A stretch of 64,000 nt of DNA from Octopus sinensis (GCF_006345805.1 NC_043008.1:37138001-37202000), one strand, 5' to 3'; shown: positions 25,765-39,545, counted from the stretch's first letter. Notes: a model not told the origin generated them from the letters alone. Numbers and translations: made by a program.

Positions 25765-25999
25765 CAGAAGGCAGTGAGCTGGCAGAAACATTAGCATGCT
25801 GGGTGAAATGCTTAGTGGTATTTCGTCTGCTGCTACGTTCTGAGTTCAAATTCTGCTGAGGTTGACTTTACCTTTCATCCTTTCGGGATCAATAAATTAA
25901 GTACCATTTATGCACCGGGATCGATGTAATCGACTTAATCCCTTTGTCTGTTCTTGTTTGTCCCCTCTGTATTTAGCCCCTTGTGGGCAATAAAGAAAT
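25765..25999 (+). mobile_element. SINE family B with a 20-bp TSD
   Basis: aagaaat(a/g)ggttccactctg at 25745-25764 and 26000-26019. Confidence 0.92.
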
Positions 26000-26445
26000 A
26001 AGAAATGGGTTCCACTCTGACTTCAGAACTGAGTGGGTAGTGACAGGTAGAGGAGACTGTACCTCCTCTGCCTCCCCTACCCTGCCATCCTCCTCGTCAT
26101 CATCATTTTACTGTCCACTTTGTCATGCTTGCATGAATCAGATAGAATTTGTGGAGGAAGATTTTCTGTGGCTGGTTACCATATCTGTTGCCAATCATCA
26201 CCTCCCTAGCCCCCCTGGAAATGTTCCCCCCTGGCCAGAGAATGGTTTTATGGAAGATGGGAAATGAATAACAATGCTAATGTGTTGCTGATTTTCTTTT
26301 ACAAAAGTTGTATGATGTTATGACAAGAGTATACATGCACACACACACACACATATATATATATACATACACACACACACACAAATATATATACATACAT
26401 AAACATACATATATATACATATATATATGTATATATATATGTATG

Positions 26446-26498
<53 letters not shown>

Positions 26499-27669
26499 TT
26501 AAAATTATAATTTAGGGTATGTAAGAGATGCTACCATGCTGGAAATAGCAGCCAAAACTTGACACTAAAACGACATTAAACGTTCATACATTACCAAGAG
26601 AGAAGACAAAGAGACAAAATAAACTAGCAAAAAATTACTGTATAATTCCAGAGCCTGGATTTATGGCTCTGTATAAGAAATGCTCTGCCTTCATCAGTGG
26701 GATATACTCAGATAGCACATAAAATACAAATATGTATATACATACAACATACGATATACTTACATATACGAATGTATGCATAGATATATATGCAAGTATG
26801 CACACGACTAGTTTAAATTTCACGTCTAAATATATATATATATATATGCTATATGTGTGTAAACAGGCACAATATTGGTTATGACATTGAGGATTCCAGT
26901 AGATTCAATTAATGGAACAGCTTGCACATTAAATTAATGTGCATGTGACTGAGACATGCATAGCCTTAATGTAGTTTCCAGGCTGATTCAGCATGACACA
27001 AAATGTGACAAGGCTGGCTCCTTTTGAATTATATGTACTACTGATTTTTGTTGGCCGAGTGGACTGGAGCAATGTGAAATAAAGTGCCTTGCTCAAGGTC
27101 ACAATGCACAGCTGGATATCAAACTCAAAATTAACAATCATGAACTGACTACCCTAATCACAAAGCTACATGCATATGTATGAATATGTGTGTGTGTATG
27201 TGTGTTTGTGTGTGTATACATACATACATACATATATATATATAGTCAATTTGAGGAAGTTAGATTCACATTAGGGATTATATAATCCAAACGATTCCAC
27301 TGGTTAATCACTATCATATAATGCAAAAGTATTATTCTGTGCACATCCTTCAAAGGGAAAATGTTAACTTTAGTTCTGTAAGCTCATAATAACCCTGAAG
27401 AAGTTCTGCCCCCTATAGTTAGAGACTGATACATTTCTTAGCATTTAAACAAATGCTTAGAATTGCATATCAACTAGGGGTTAGTACTGAAACATATATG
27501 TAGGTTTTTTCACATTCTTTGAGCTTTTCAATTTACAATTTATTTGTATTGTCATGTTTTTAAAATATTTCAGCATCTTTATATCATACAAATAAATTAT
27601 TCTTACGTCCATTTTTTCTCCATTTTCTTTCCTTCAACATATATACATATATATATATATATATATACA

Positions 27670-29346
27670 CAGGGTGTGTAAGGTATTTGAGGACATACCA
27701 TTTTTGGGGTCATTGCTGCATTTTTTGCTAACTCTGTATAATCTTTGTTTCAGAAAATAAAAATGGCTGACCCTCAGTTTACTCAAGAAATGAAGAGGCA
27801 TGCTGATATACAAATATCTCGATTTTTAAAAATTGTTAGATCTTTCATCTACAAAGTTTTTAGGAAGCTAGAGATTGGAGATAGAAATGTATTACCACTA
27901 CAAAAGCATAAAAAGCATTCTAAATGCTCTGAAATCTTCAGAAGACCTGAATTTATCCAGCAAGTTCAAAAGACCATTGATTACAATCCCAGAAAGTCCA
28001 AGAGGTCATTTGCAAAAGATTTCCATGTGTCAGAAGGAACAGTCAGAAATTTTGTCCATGAAGACATCAGATATAAGCGTTATATGATGAGAGAAGGTCA
28101 ATTTGTGAAAAAAAAGCAAAAGAAAATCACTACATCAGATCTAAAATGTTCTTAAACAAACTGAAAAATCCAGCAGAAGATTTGAATCAGTTTTTCTCAA
28201 ATGAGAAAAACTTTGACCAAGATCAAAATGTCAACAGAAGAAATGACAGATGATTATGTGCAGACATTTCTAAAGTCCCAAATGTTATGCATACAAAATT
28301 TCCTGCAACTGTCATGGTTTTAGGGTTTGTCAGCAATGAAGGACATGTGATGCCTCCTTACTTTTTTCCACAAGACCTTAGAGTTAACTCTGCTGCCTAC
28401 AGTGAGGTCCTGAAAATAATTAAGCCCTGGATACACAGTGTATGCAATAGAAGGCCATATGTGTTTCAGTAAGACTCTGTACTACCACACATAACTCTAG
28501 TAACATAGGAATGGATGGCTGAAAATTTCATAATCACATAACCCCAAACATTTGGCCTCCTAATTGCCCAGATCTCAATCCTTTGGACTATTAAATGTGG
28601 AGCGGTGCTGAGAGAAAGGTCAATGAACACACCCATAACATCAAAGATTCTTTGAAAGCTGCTATAGTCAGAGTAATGTCCAAAATGAACCAGGACCACT
28701 TGATTCGAGCATGTAGATGATTTAGATCTCATATAGAACTAGTTGTTGAAGCTGAAGGCAGCTTTCATCATCATCATCATCATCATTTAACGTCCGCTTT
28801 CCATGCTAGCATGGGTTGGACGGTTCAACTGGGGTCTGGGGAGCCCGAAGGCTGCACCAGGCCAGTCGGATCTGGCAGTGTTTCTACAGCTGGATGCCCT
28901 TCCTAACGCCAACCACTCCGAGAGTGTAGTGGGTGATTTTATGTGCCACCAACACAGGTGCCAGACGAGGCTGGCAGATGGCCACGCTCGGATGGTGTTT
29001 TTTATGTGCCACCGACACAGGCGCCAGACGAGGCTGGCGAACGACCACGATCGGATGGTGTTTGTTACGTGCCCACAGCACGGAGGCCAGTCGATGCGGT
29101 ACTGGCTACGGCCACGTTCGGATGGTTTTCTTATGTGCCACCGGCACTGGTACCACAAAGATACAAATTCCATTGATGTTCATCTATTTTGATTTGGTTT
29201 GATTTTGATTTTGATTTTATTGAATAATATTCTAGAAAATGTTTATTTTTATCCTCATAGCATTTTTTGATAAATAAAGTTATTATCTGTTATAATATAT
29301 GTTTTTTATAAACATAAATCTGTCCTCAAATATCTTATAAACCCTG
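27670..29346 (+). mobile_element. Full-length decayed DD37D (maT) Tc1/mariner transposon
   Basis: TIRs cagggtgtgtaaggtatttgaggaca and tgtcctcaaatatcttataaaccctg|ta. Transposase runs from ATG 27763: ...NPRKSKRSFAKDFHVSEGTVRNFVHEDIRYK..FFSNEKNF..VMVLGFVSNEG..YVFQ*DSVLPH..WPPNCPDLNPLDY..EAEGSF|IE*. Spacing between the 2nd and 3rd Asp is 37 after repairing a 1-nt frameshift near 28528. Confidence 0.92.
28766..29218 (-). mobile_element. Family C retroposon with an internal ~63-bp tandem array, inserted in the last codons of the maT transposase
   Basis: Removing 28766-29218 restores ggcagcttt|attgaataa (GSFIE*). Repeat units start at 28941, 29004, 29067 and 29133. Confidence 0.88.
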
Positions 29347-30269
29347 TATATATATACATGAAGGGCTTCTTGCAGTTTCTATTTGCGAAATCCACTCACA
29401 TAGTGTTGGTTGCCCTAGAGCTATAGTAGAAAACACTTGCTCAAATATCTTTGCCGTGAGACTGAACCCAAAATTACATGGGTTGGAAGCAAGCTTCTTA
29501 ACCACTTAGCTATGTTGCACCTATTAAAGTTATGATAAAATTATTTCTGCAATAGTAATAATGCACAAATTTAAATTTGCAAACATGTCCCACTAATGCT
29601 AGCAATGAAAAATAGACGTAAAACAAAAGAAAATAAAAACAACAAAAACAAAAAAAAATGAATTATCGTTATTGAAGACAATATAAATTGTCATTTTTAA
29701 AGAACATATTCTTATGTTTTCTTGGCAACTTTAATCCTAGCATTTAGATTTACAGCAATGTCAATAATATCAAAGCAAGCCAACATTTTAAAATCAATAA
29801 TTTAGGATTATTATTATTTTTATTATTATCATCACCATCATAATCATCATTATTATTATCACCATTGTCCTCCCCTCCTCCTCCTCCTCATCATCATCAT
29901 CATCATTTGAATTGACCAAATGTTTAATTCCATTATTATTTTCAGTTTTATTTTTATTATGTAGAATTTGTTGTTTCAATGAAATGTAAAATATTTCTGG
30001 AGAAAAATACATTTTTTTTCTTTAATCTTTTCTCCTCCTATAACTCTGGAATCCACTGGTGCCATACCATCTTCTCTCTCTCTCTCTCTCTCTCTCACTA
30101 CTGCTATTTTAATGTCAGATATTCTGTGCTCACATAAAACGGACAAGCTTACAATAGATCTCAATTTCATAACATACTATTTATTTTAAGACCCAATGTT
30201 CTACAGTTTGTCTACCCTAGATTTGTTTGGACTACAAAAGTAGTCACCCCCCACCCCACAACCACAAAC

Positions 30270-30460
30270 TTACATCAGCATCAACAAAATGATCATGATC
30301 ACTGTCATCATCAACATCATTATCGTCGTCGTCATCATCATCATCATCATCATTATCATCGTTGTCGTCATCATCATCATCATTATCATTGTCGTCGTCA
30401 TCATCATCATCATCATCATCATCAACTCTACCACCATCACCACCACCACTATCATCATCA
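30270..30460. repeat. (CAT)n/(CGT)n compound microsatellite
   Basis: Seen directly. Confidence 0.95.
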
Positions 30461-30828
30461 TGATGTCAACCATTCCAGGCTGGCATGTGTTGGACAGATT
30501 TTTCAGACAGTGTTACCAATCCTCTTATTTGCATCTTAAATAACGTTGAATCATGGTGTACTTACACAGAAACAGATATCCATAGAGTAAAAATTCTGAG
30601 AATTGAAAGGGAATGTCCCAGATTTGAAACAAGGCCACTGCATCTGCTGTTGAGTTCCCTACTACTGGGTCATATCCACAACTCACAGTACATAATAAAT
30701 GAGGATCTATTATTGATATGTCCTCACAAATGCCATTGCATGTATTGCTCACTAACGAATATCATGAATTATCAGCTACCTTGTTATCTCATTTGTGCTC
30801 AACTCTCCTATGTTCCCATCACATGTGT

Positions 30829-31218
30829 AACTAGAAAAGCACTCGGAGAGTGCAGACCTCCGCCAAGCACCTCATTTCCACCAATATACATGCATGCTGG
30901 AAATCGCCCAATTTCCCAAACCAACGCTGGCAAAAACATAACTTAACATAACATAATAAGGTGGCAAGCTGGCAGAAACATTAGCACGCCCAGCGAAATG
31001 CTTAGTGGTATTTCGTCTGCCATTACGTCCTGGGTTCAAATTCCGCCGAGGTCGACTTTGCCTTTCATCCTTTCGGGGTCGATTAAATAAGTACCAGTTA
31101 CGCACTGGGGTCGATATAATCGACTTAATCCATTTGCTTGTCCTTGTTTGTCTCTTCTGTGTGTAGCCCCTTGTGGGCAGTAAAGAAATAAAAAACATAA
31201 CCTCCTTGGTGGGGGTAA
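30829..31218 (+). mobile_element. Helentron-like non-autonomous element interrupted by SINE B (~30958-31190)
   Basis: 5' aactagaaaagcactcggagagtgcaga. Subterminal inverted repeats cctccgccaag (30857-30867) and cttggtggggg (31205-31215), plus a 3' hairpin. SINE TSD aaaaacataac at 30932-30942 and 31191-31201. Confidence 0.7.
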
Positions 31219-31639
31219 AAAAAAATAAGACAGCCATATGATTTTAAGAAAAAGAACCCTTTAAAAACAGGAATCATCCGAAGCGGTTCACAACCACCAA
31301 CATCATCAGCAGCATTGTCGTTGCTTCCACTTCAACCACATACACCGCCATCAATGTTATCATGGCGGTTACCTTGACAGTCACTTTCACCATCACAACC
31401 AGTATAACCACTACAATACCACAATCACACAACTAACACTATCATCAACACCACTATTACCACCATCACCTCAGCATCACACATCACACTGCTCCTGTCA
31501 CCATTATAACCACCGATACTATTTTATCCTCCTCCCATACTTATCTTGACCATCATCCTCATCAACACTGTCTCTGAGCAGCAATGCCACCATAGGTTAT
31601 GTGGAAACGATTTGTTTTCAAGGGAGATAACCAAAGAAC

Positions 31640-31880
31640 ATAACATTGTAATACTTCATGTAAAGTAGTAAATATAACAAATGAAAAAATCCTTCAAGAG
31701 TCCATAAAAGTTCCCAGATCACCACCAAAGTTTCATCATCTGTTCCTTGTGTCATTACCAACTTTTCCTGCAAGTTTCATCAAATACTGTACACAACTTT
31801 TGAGTTATTTTGCACACAGTCGGACAGACGGACAAACCAACACTGATGAAAACACAACCCCCTTCCTTGGTGGAGGTAAT
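31640..31880 (+). mobile_element. 3' part of a second Helentron-like element
   Basis: aagtttcatcaaatactgtacacaacttttgagttatt...gacagacggacaaac...aaaacacaacccccttccttggtggaggtaat. Left boundary is approximate. Confidence 0.65.
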
Positions 31881-32271
31881 TATGTTATAGTCCCCTGTCT
31901 ATATTCCACTTCCTGTTATGTTCAGAAATTTAGTCTTTCAAGGGTTTATGAAATAAGTACTGAATATGTGTAAGGGCTAGTTTAATACACTATACTGATC
32001 TCCTAAAAAAATTGTAACTAAATTTCTTTTGTGAGAAATCAATATTTCTGGTCAATGTTTTTGGATCTTGTATATTTTTAGAAATGTGGTGGTAGCAGAT
32101 CTTCCAATTAAACGAAAGAAACCACATTTCCTTCAGATTTTTTCATTACTGATATTCGTTGTCAGTCTTAACTCTTGACAGAAATGTCACTGTTTTTTTT
32201 TTCTGATGATAAGAGATAGAATTTGAACATAGAACATTCAAAGCTGGAATAAATATCACAAATTAATCTTA

Positions 32272-32490
32272 TTTCTTTACTGCTCACAAGGGGGACAAAC
32301 AAGGATAGACAAATGGATTAAGTCGATTTTATCGACACCAGTGCATAACTGGTACTTATTTAATCGACTCCGAAAGGGTGAAAAGCAAAGTCTACCTCGG
32401 CAGAATTTGAACTCAGAATGTAGTGGCAGACGAAATACCGCTAAGCATTTCGCCCAGCATGCTAATGTTCCTTCCAGCTCGCCACCTTTC
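32272..32490 (-). mobile_element. SINE family B
   Basis: Reverse complement of the B consensus. Confidence 0.88.
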
Positions 32491-32825
32491 ACAAATTATC
32501 TTGTCTGATGCTATAACAATTCTACCAAACCATTGCTGCAGATGGTACTTCAGTTAAGGAACCCAGAAGGATGGCAGTTAAAGTTGACTTCTGAAGGATT
32601 GAACTCAGAGTGCAGGGAGGTGAAACTAATACAACAAATCAGTCTATCCAATGCTCTAATGCCACTGCAAGTTTACAATTTGTTACAAATAACTGTTTTT
32701 AATACAGGCACAAGGGCCCGAGTTTGGTGGAAGGGAAATACTTGATTACATTGCTGCCAGTACTTCATTATGATCTTTATCTCATTGAAGCCTGTATGAT
32801 TAAAGGTAAGATTTAAACTCAGAGG

Positions 32826-33125
32826 GCATAAATCATCATCATCATTTAATGTCCATCTTCCATGCTGGCATGGGTGGAATGGTTTGACAGAAACTGGCCA
32901 GGGGGAAACCTGCACCAGACTTCTGTGACTGTTTTGGCAGCATTTTTACTGCTGGATGCCCTTTCTAACACCAACCACTCAGCAGAGTGGACTTAGTGCT
33001 TTTTATGTGGCACAAGCATAGGTGAAGTTAGTTTTGGCAAGGTTTTTACAGCTGGACGCCCTTCCAAATGCCAACCACTTTACAGTGCGGACTGGATGCT
33101 TTTTAAGTGGCACCTGCACTGACAG
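32826..33125 (-). mobile_element. Family C retroposon
   Basis: (cat)n tail and a duplicated ctggatgccc...ccaaccact unit. Confidence 0.78.
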
Positions 33126-34709
33126 TTGTCATCGAGTAACTTGCAAGACAGAGATGACTCTGCTAATTTACCACCTGTTACAAGTTACAGGGTAGAGCCA
33201 GGAAAACAGAAAAGTTACACAAGGATCAGAATGGGGAAAAAACTTTACTACAGTTAATTTCATCTGTGGTTCAGCTGACATTACCTAGCAACAGTTAAAT
33301 CCACACATAAACAAATAAATGGCTCTGTGTTCTTCATTACAATTTATATCAACTAACATTGGGTTTTAGAAGAGCTATTAAAGCATCTGTTGAGATAATG
33401 GCCATCGTCACATGACAGATTTGTTTACAAAGTAGTAACCAGTAGAAATTATTGATAAGCACTTTGTGGGAAAGACCAGGGTGATGGCAACATCTATTAT
33501 TAATACCAACAGAAGATTTAGGGGAACACAAAAGCTTGTCTAAATGATTAATTCAACCAAGAAATGTTTTGAAATAATCTTTGTTATTGAAATAGAGTTT
33601 TTGTCCATCCATTTTAGATCTAATTTAAGGTTTATTATGACTTGCCATCATTCTTCAATGAACAAACAGATGAATAAACAGACACACACACACACACACA
33701 CACAACACACACACACACACAAACAAACAAACAAACTCTCACACACTCACATTTACATGCATGTACACACATCTATGCAAACACTCATATACTTACACAA
33801 AAACTTCTTTCATAGATTCAATATTTTCCTCCATTATAATTAAGTCAACAAAAAACTTGCAATTAGTAGTAATTAAACAGTTAAAATATATTTCCATAGC
33901 AACATTAGTGTTAGACTTTTAATCATACGGTTTTAAGTTCAAATCTTACAACAACCATTATAATCCATCTTTGAGTTAGGTATTAATGTAAAAATCTATT
34001 TTCTCTAAGTTATTGTAGGATCAGGTACATATGAACAAATCTACGCTTTCCTAATGAGATCTAATAAGGCTGAAACATGTTCAGAGTTGTCATCTTACTT
34101 GCCAAATGTATTTCTTATGTCCTATTGCATGTTCCCATTCAATTTTTTTATCATACAGTAAAACTTTTGCATAATAATTTTTTCTTATGTAACTATATAC
34201 ATACATATGTGTGTGTGTGTTTTGAATATGCATAAAAATATTGTGTATAATAACATTTTGTTATCATAAAACAAGAAAGCAACACATAAACAGGGAAAAA
34301 TGAACCATCACAATTTCTAACTACACTATAAAACACATCTACCACGCACAACAATGCAATCACGCACAATCTACCAATCTTCTGGTCAAATTGTTGCCAT
34401 AGGATTTTCAATTACTGATAGCGTCTGTTGGCCACAGCTCACAATAGGATTGTGACCATTTATGTTGTTTTATTCTATTTCATTTTATTTTTTAATCAAT
34501 GTGTGATTTGAACTCAAAATGCATGGAACCTGAACAGATATTGCAAGACATTTTGTCTGATGCATTAACAATTCTTCCAATCCATCATTGTGAACTGGTA
34601 CTTTATTTATTGATCCTGAAAAAATAAAATTTTAATTGGATTTGAACTCAGATTACAGAGTGGTATAACAAATACTATAAAGAATTCATAACAGATACTA
34701 TAAAGTATT

Positions 34710-35108
34710 CAGGCGCTGGAGTGGCTGTGTGGCAAGTAGCTTGCTTACCAGCCACATAGTTCTGGGTTCAGTCCCACAGTGTGGTACCTTGGGCAAGTGT
34801 CTTCTATTATAGCCTTGGGCCAACCAAAGCCTTGTGAGTGGATTCGGTAGACGGAAAAACTGAAAGAAGCCCATCGTGTACATGTATATATATATGTGTA
34901 TGTATATATGTTTGTGTGTCTGTGTTTGTCCCTTCCACCCAACGTCACTTGACAACTGATGCTGGTGTGTTTACATCCCTATAACTTAGCGTTTCAGTAA
35001 AAAGAGACCGATAGAATAAGTACTAGGCTTACAAAGAATAAGTCCTGAGGTTGACTTGCTCGACTAAAGGCAGTGCTCCAGCATGGCCGCAGTCAAATGA
35101 CTGAAACA
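34710..35108 (+). mobile_element. SINE family A
   Basis: Matches the family A consensus from head to tail. Confidence 0.9.
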
Positions 35109-35984
35109 AGTAAAAGAGTAAAAGAGTAAGTGATGCTTTAACAACTCATCCAATTCATCGCTTAGCAAGCAGCAATGAAAATAATAGCAGCCAGTTCAGG
35201 ATTTATAAGGTATGCCATATCATAGCTTTAACAAAATCTAATCTGGAAACGCAATAGAACATAAAAATCAAAAGTAGTATATTTTCAAAAGATTAACTCT
35301 CTCCCTCCCTATGCACACACACACAGACACACACACACACACCACACACACACACAGAAACAAGACAGTGCAAAGGCCTACATTTTGCTGCTAGCATTTA
35401 TCAAAATGAAAACTATAAGGATACACCAGAGCAAAGGACAATACCTAGAAATTTTAATACATGTACTACTCAATCATACTGTATTCTATATGTATTTCCT
35501 TATAAAAAATACTCTTTGGACCTGAAGGAGATAGAAAAAAGAAAGCAATTATATATGACCAGAACTAAACCAAAATAAATTAGCAACATCAATCAATGAG
35601 GGAGCTGCTATCCACTAGTTCAAGCCACTAGAAATAGAAGAGAAAGTTCTCTCATATCAAATATTATATCTCATAATCTGGGAAGGGATTATATTAGATA
35701 ATGTGGTCTGGCTGGCATTCTCTGCACATAGGAGAAAGCTAGAATGGTTGGTCATGGCTAAAAAGCCTCTGATGTTAGGTTTAGGTCTGAATGATCAGAG
35801 CTGACCTGGGGTTATATAACAATAATGACATCAACTGCACACAAATGAATGATGAAACTGATGAAAGCATTACGAGAGATCTCAGCATATATAAAACAGC
35901 TGAAACATTGCAATGTAACAGAAAATAACACAACGGAAATTACCCTCCCAGCAAATATATATACAGTTGAAAAAGATTATATAT

Positions 35985-36283
35985 GTATATATATGTGTGT
36001 GTGTGTGCATACATATGTATATATATATATGGATATATATATATATATAATATATATATATATATATGTATATACAGTTTACTTGGAAAAGGATGCGTGG
36101 CATTCAATCATATAATAATATAAATAATATATAAATACATGCATATGTACATATCTACATATATATGTATATATACGACGTTTTTTGATGTCCTGTTGAT
36201 ATATGCATGTATATATACATATATATGTAGGTATGTACATATATGTATGTATATATGCATATATTTGTATGTTATTTATATGA

Positions 36284-36341
<58 letters not shown>

Positions 36342-36343
36342 TG

Positions 36344-36374
<31 letters not shown>

Positions 36375-36445
36375 TATATATAAATATGTATATATATATA
36401 TATTTATACACACACACACATACATACACACAAACACACACATTT
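35985..36445. repeat. Compound (TA)n/(TG)n/(CA)n microsatellite region
   Basis: Seen directly. Confidence 0.9.
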
Positions 36446-37389
36446 ATACATAGAATGAGCCCTCTGACAATGCAAGCACAAAACAGAACTGGCTATATGC
36501 AGAAAGGCAAAGTCATCACAATAAAAAAATGACAAAAATGGTAAATAAATAGATAAATAAACAACTACTGAAAAACAAAATATGAATTTGGTAAAAACTG
36601 AGACAAGGATGAAAATCACACTATATATCTGTAGAATGAAAGCATATCAGAATGAAAGCATAGTCTTGACCTCGTACATAGTAGAGAGAAAATGTATACA
36701 AAATTGAGGAAAAGATAAAAAGACTTATCCATGCTCGGTGAAACAGGAAGGAAAGAGTGTAATGATAAAAATAAATAAACAAATCTATAAATAGATATAA
36801 AAAAGTAGAGAAGATCAAGAAAAATGGGGGAAATGATTCTGGAAGTAAAAGAAAAAAAAAATGTATAAAAAGTAAAACATCCTCCTCGCCTAAAATGATT
36901 TGAGAGATATAAAAAAAAAATAATAAAAGACCGTTGCATAAAATGGTTTGAAAAATATACTTGAAGTAAATACTAAATCTTATACCATGACATCGATGAA
37001 GAAATAAAAGACACATAACATCGGAAGATGCTGCAAGAACAACAGAAGATGCAGATACTCTAGGAGAAAAACCAAAAAAAAAAAAAAAAAAAAAAGAAAA
37101 TCATATGGAATGAAAATATATAGCATAAGGAATCAAGCACATTGGATTAGATAAGAGACTAGAAAACTACAATAACACAACGAGCAATGTTCCCTTTAAG
37201 TTAGTTTCAGCCATTGTTGTTCTGTTTGTATGCAGAGACACATGTATATGTATGTATATAAGTATATATACATAAATGTATCATATGATATATATGTTTC
37301 TTATATTATATATATATATATGTATGTTACATGTACAACATATATATGTGTTACATATTATGCACATACACACCAAAAAGTGTGATACA

Positions 37390-37925
37390 TGTTTGCTCCT
37401 AAATGCAAAGACTTTCCCTGGTGAAGAATGTACCTCCCAGCATAGATTAGTTATTAGTGACTTTAGATTTCAGGTTAGAAGAATTCCAAGAAGCAGACCT
37501 GTCTGGAAAAAATGGATTTGGAATCTTAAGGATTCTCTAAATAGTCAGAAATTTAGGGATGCCCTACTCGAGAAATTTAACAAGAATATGGAGGAACTAG
37601 AGAGTTGTAATGTAGGGGGCAATTTGGAGTTCCTGTGGGACAGCTTGCTGATTGTCATAGACCAAATCTCTGGATGATGCAAAGTCCCAACCAGATCTAG
37701 GGGGAAGTGGTAGTGAAATGATGTCGTAGACAAGGTCATTAGAGCAAAGAAACAGGCTTGGAAGGACTGAAAGAATGGTGGTAGCAGAGAACTATATCAG
37801 GTAGCTAGGACTGAGACTAGAATACAGGTACACTTAGCTAAGGGAGAAATAGAAAGGAGGAAGTTTGCCAATGTTCTATGACATGAGGACCAGAGGTTTG
37901 AAGTGCTTCAGATTGCAAGACAAGG
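37390..37925 (+). mobile_element. RTE-clade LINE fragment (end of endonuclease and linker)
   Basis: LLLNAKTFPGEECTSQHRLVISDF...WNLKD...WW-like *NDVVDKVIRAKKQAWKD, with in-frame stops. Confidence 0.85.
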
Positions 37926-38084
37926 CATTGTTTTTCATACTGAAATGATTCTGTGATTTTTAACAAAGGCAAAACATCAGAAATTTCGAAAGAAGTGAAT
38001 AGTCGATTACACTACCCCTGGTGTTTAATTTGTTCAACACTGGAAAGATGAAAGGCAAAGTTGATTCTGAAGCAATTTCTAACT

Positions 38085-38610
38085 CCAATAATTTATTTCT
38101 TTATTGCTCACAAGGGGCTAAACATAGAGGAAGCAAACAAGGACAAAGGGATTAAGTCGATTACATCGACCCTAGTGTGTAACTGGTACTTATTTAATCA
38201 ACCCCGAAAGGATGAAAGGCAAAGTCGACCTCAGTGGAATTTGAACTCAGAATGTAGCGGCAGACGACATACTGCTAAGCATTTCACCTGGTGTGCTAAC
38301 GATTCTGCCAGCTCGCTGCCTTAAACTCAGATAACTAAATGATGAGATTCAATACGGCAAAATATTTCTTAAACATATCACAGACACTGCAAACCAATGC
38401 TTTAATATCTCTTTTTACCTCCTACTATAGGCACAAGGTTCGAAATTTAGAGGAAGTGGGCTAGTTGATTATATTGACACCAGTGCTTGAGTGCTACTTA
38501 TGTTATAGATGCTGAAAGGATGAAAGTCAAAGTCAACCTTAGCTGAATTTGAACTCAGGATGTAAAGATGGATGAAATTGCACTAAGCTAGCATGCTAAT
38601 GATTCTACCA
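38085..38610 (-). mobile_element. Two adjacent SINE B copies (38085-38325 and 38420-38610)
   Basis: Reverse complement of the B head and core, twice. Confidence 0.8.
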
Positions 38611-39173
38611 ACTCCCTACCATCCGGTGCTTTTATGACACTTATACTTTTCTTTTATTTACTTATTTAGTTAGTTTTTGTTAAAAATAATCAACTCTTAA
38701 TTAACAGAATATAATTATAAGATTTGTAGTTATGATCTAAATCTGTAGAAATCAATTCAGCAAAAATAAACATTTAGATATTTCTTCTTCTCATGGTATG
38801 CAAACAAACAGATCTAAAATTTGAAAAGTCAATGAAGATATAAGAACAATTGACATGATTTAATTATTTAAATGCATTAACACTCAACTTTATGTAAATT
38901 ATTTACAAATATCTAAATGATAACTTTAACATGTTGGGTGACTGAAATCGAATCAGAAATAGAAAATTATTCCGTATTTAAATGAATATCTATTCACTTG
39001 ATTAATAATTTCATTTTTATTTTTATATTAGAATTAACAGAATTTAATTAGAATAAATTATTTGAGCGAAATGAAGTGATTTATTCAAGGATAGTAATGC
39101 GGTATCTTATATATATATATAAATGTGTGAGAGTGTGTGTTTACATACATGCATACACACAAGCATACATATA

Positions 39174-39545
39174 CAGGGTGCTATGGGTAAATTGCTGCCA
39201 TTTTAAATTTTTAATTTTGTGCATGCGCATCGTTTGTTTTCGATTTTGTCGACTACACAGTATAGTAGGGTTAGTTGGGCACCATCTGTGAAAAAACAGT
39301 ACCAATTCACTCCGCCAGAAATTTCGAAACAACATGCTGTACTACTTGGCATTGATGCTGGAAGTTCCAATATGAACATTTCAGAGTGTTTGGGTGTCAA
39401 TCTGAGGTCAGTGACATCTGAGGACATGTACCAAGAGTGATAAAAATTAAATAGCCAGTCAACATCATGGTGTTTGGAGTGAACACTAATGATAGCACCG
39501 TTATACCTCCATTCATTTTCCTACACAGCCTCACACTCAACATGG
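39174..39545 (+). mobile_element. Internally deleted, 3'-truncated maT-like transposon
   Basis: Starts ta|cagggtg. N-terminus QFTPPEISKQHAVLLGIDAGSSN..ECLGVNLR is fused to VPRVIKIK*PVNIMVFGVNTND..PPFIF. Confidence 0.75.

Noticed and set aside
28941-29160. Repeat array that could be mistaken for CRISPR
   Set aside because: These are tandem units without unique spacers, inside a eukaryotic retroposon, with no cas genes.
28787-29202. Overlapping 128-129 aa ORFs with repeated peptides on both strands
   Set aside because: They result from the GC-rich 63-bp tandem units of a family C retroposon; no domain is recognisable.
36616-37016. 107-aa and 131-aa F/L/I-rich ORFs
   Set aside because: T-rich composition gives stop-poor, hydrophobic translations; no domain. 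Only the acceptor at 37059 is kept, as a weak candidate.
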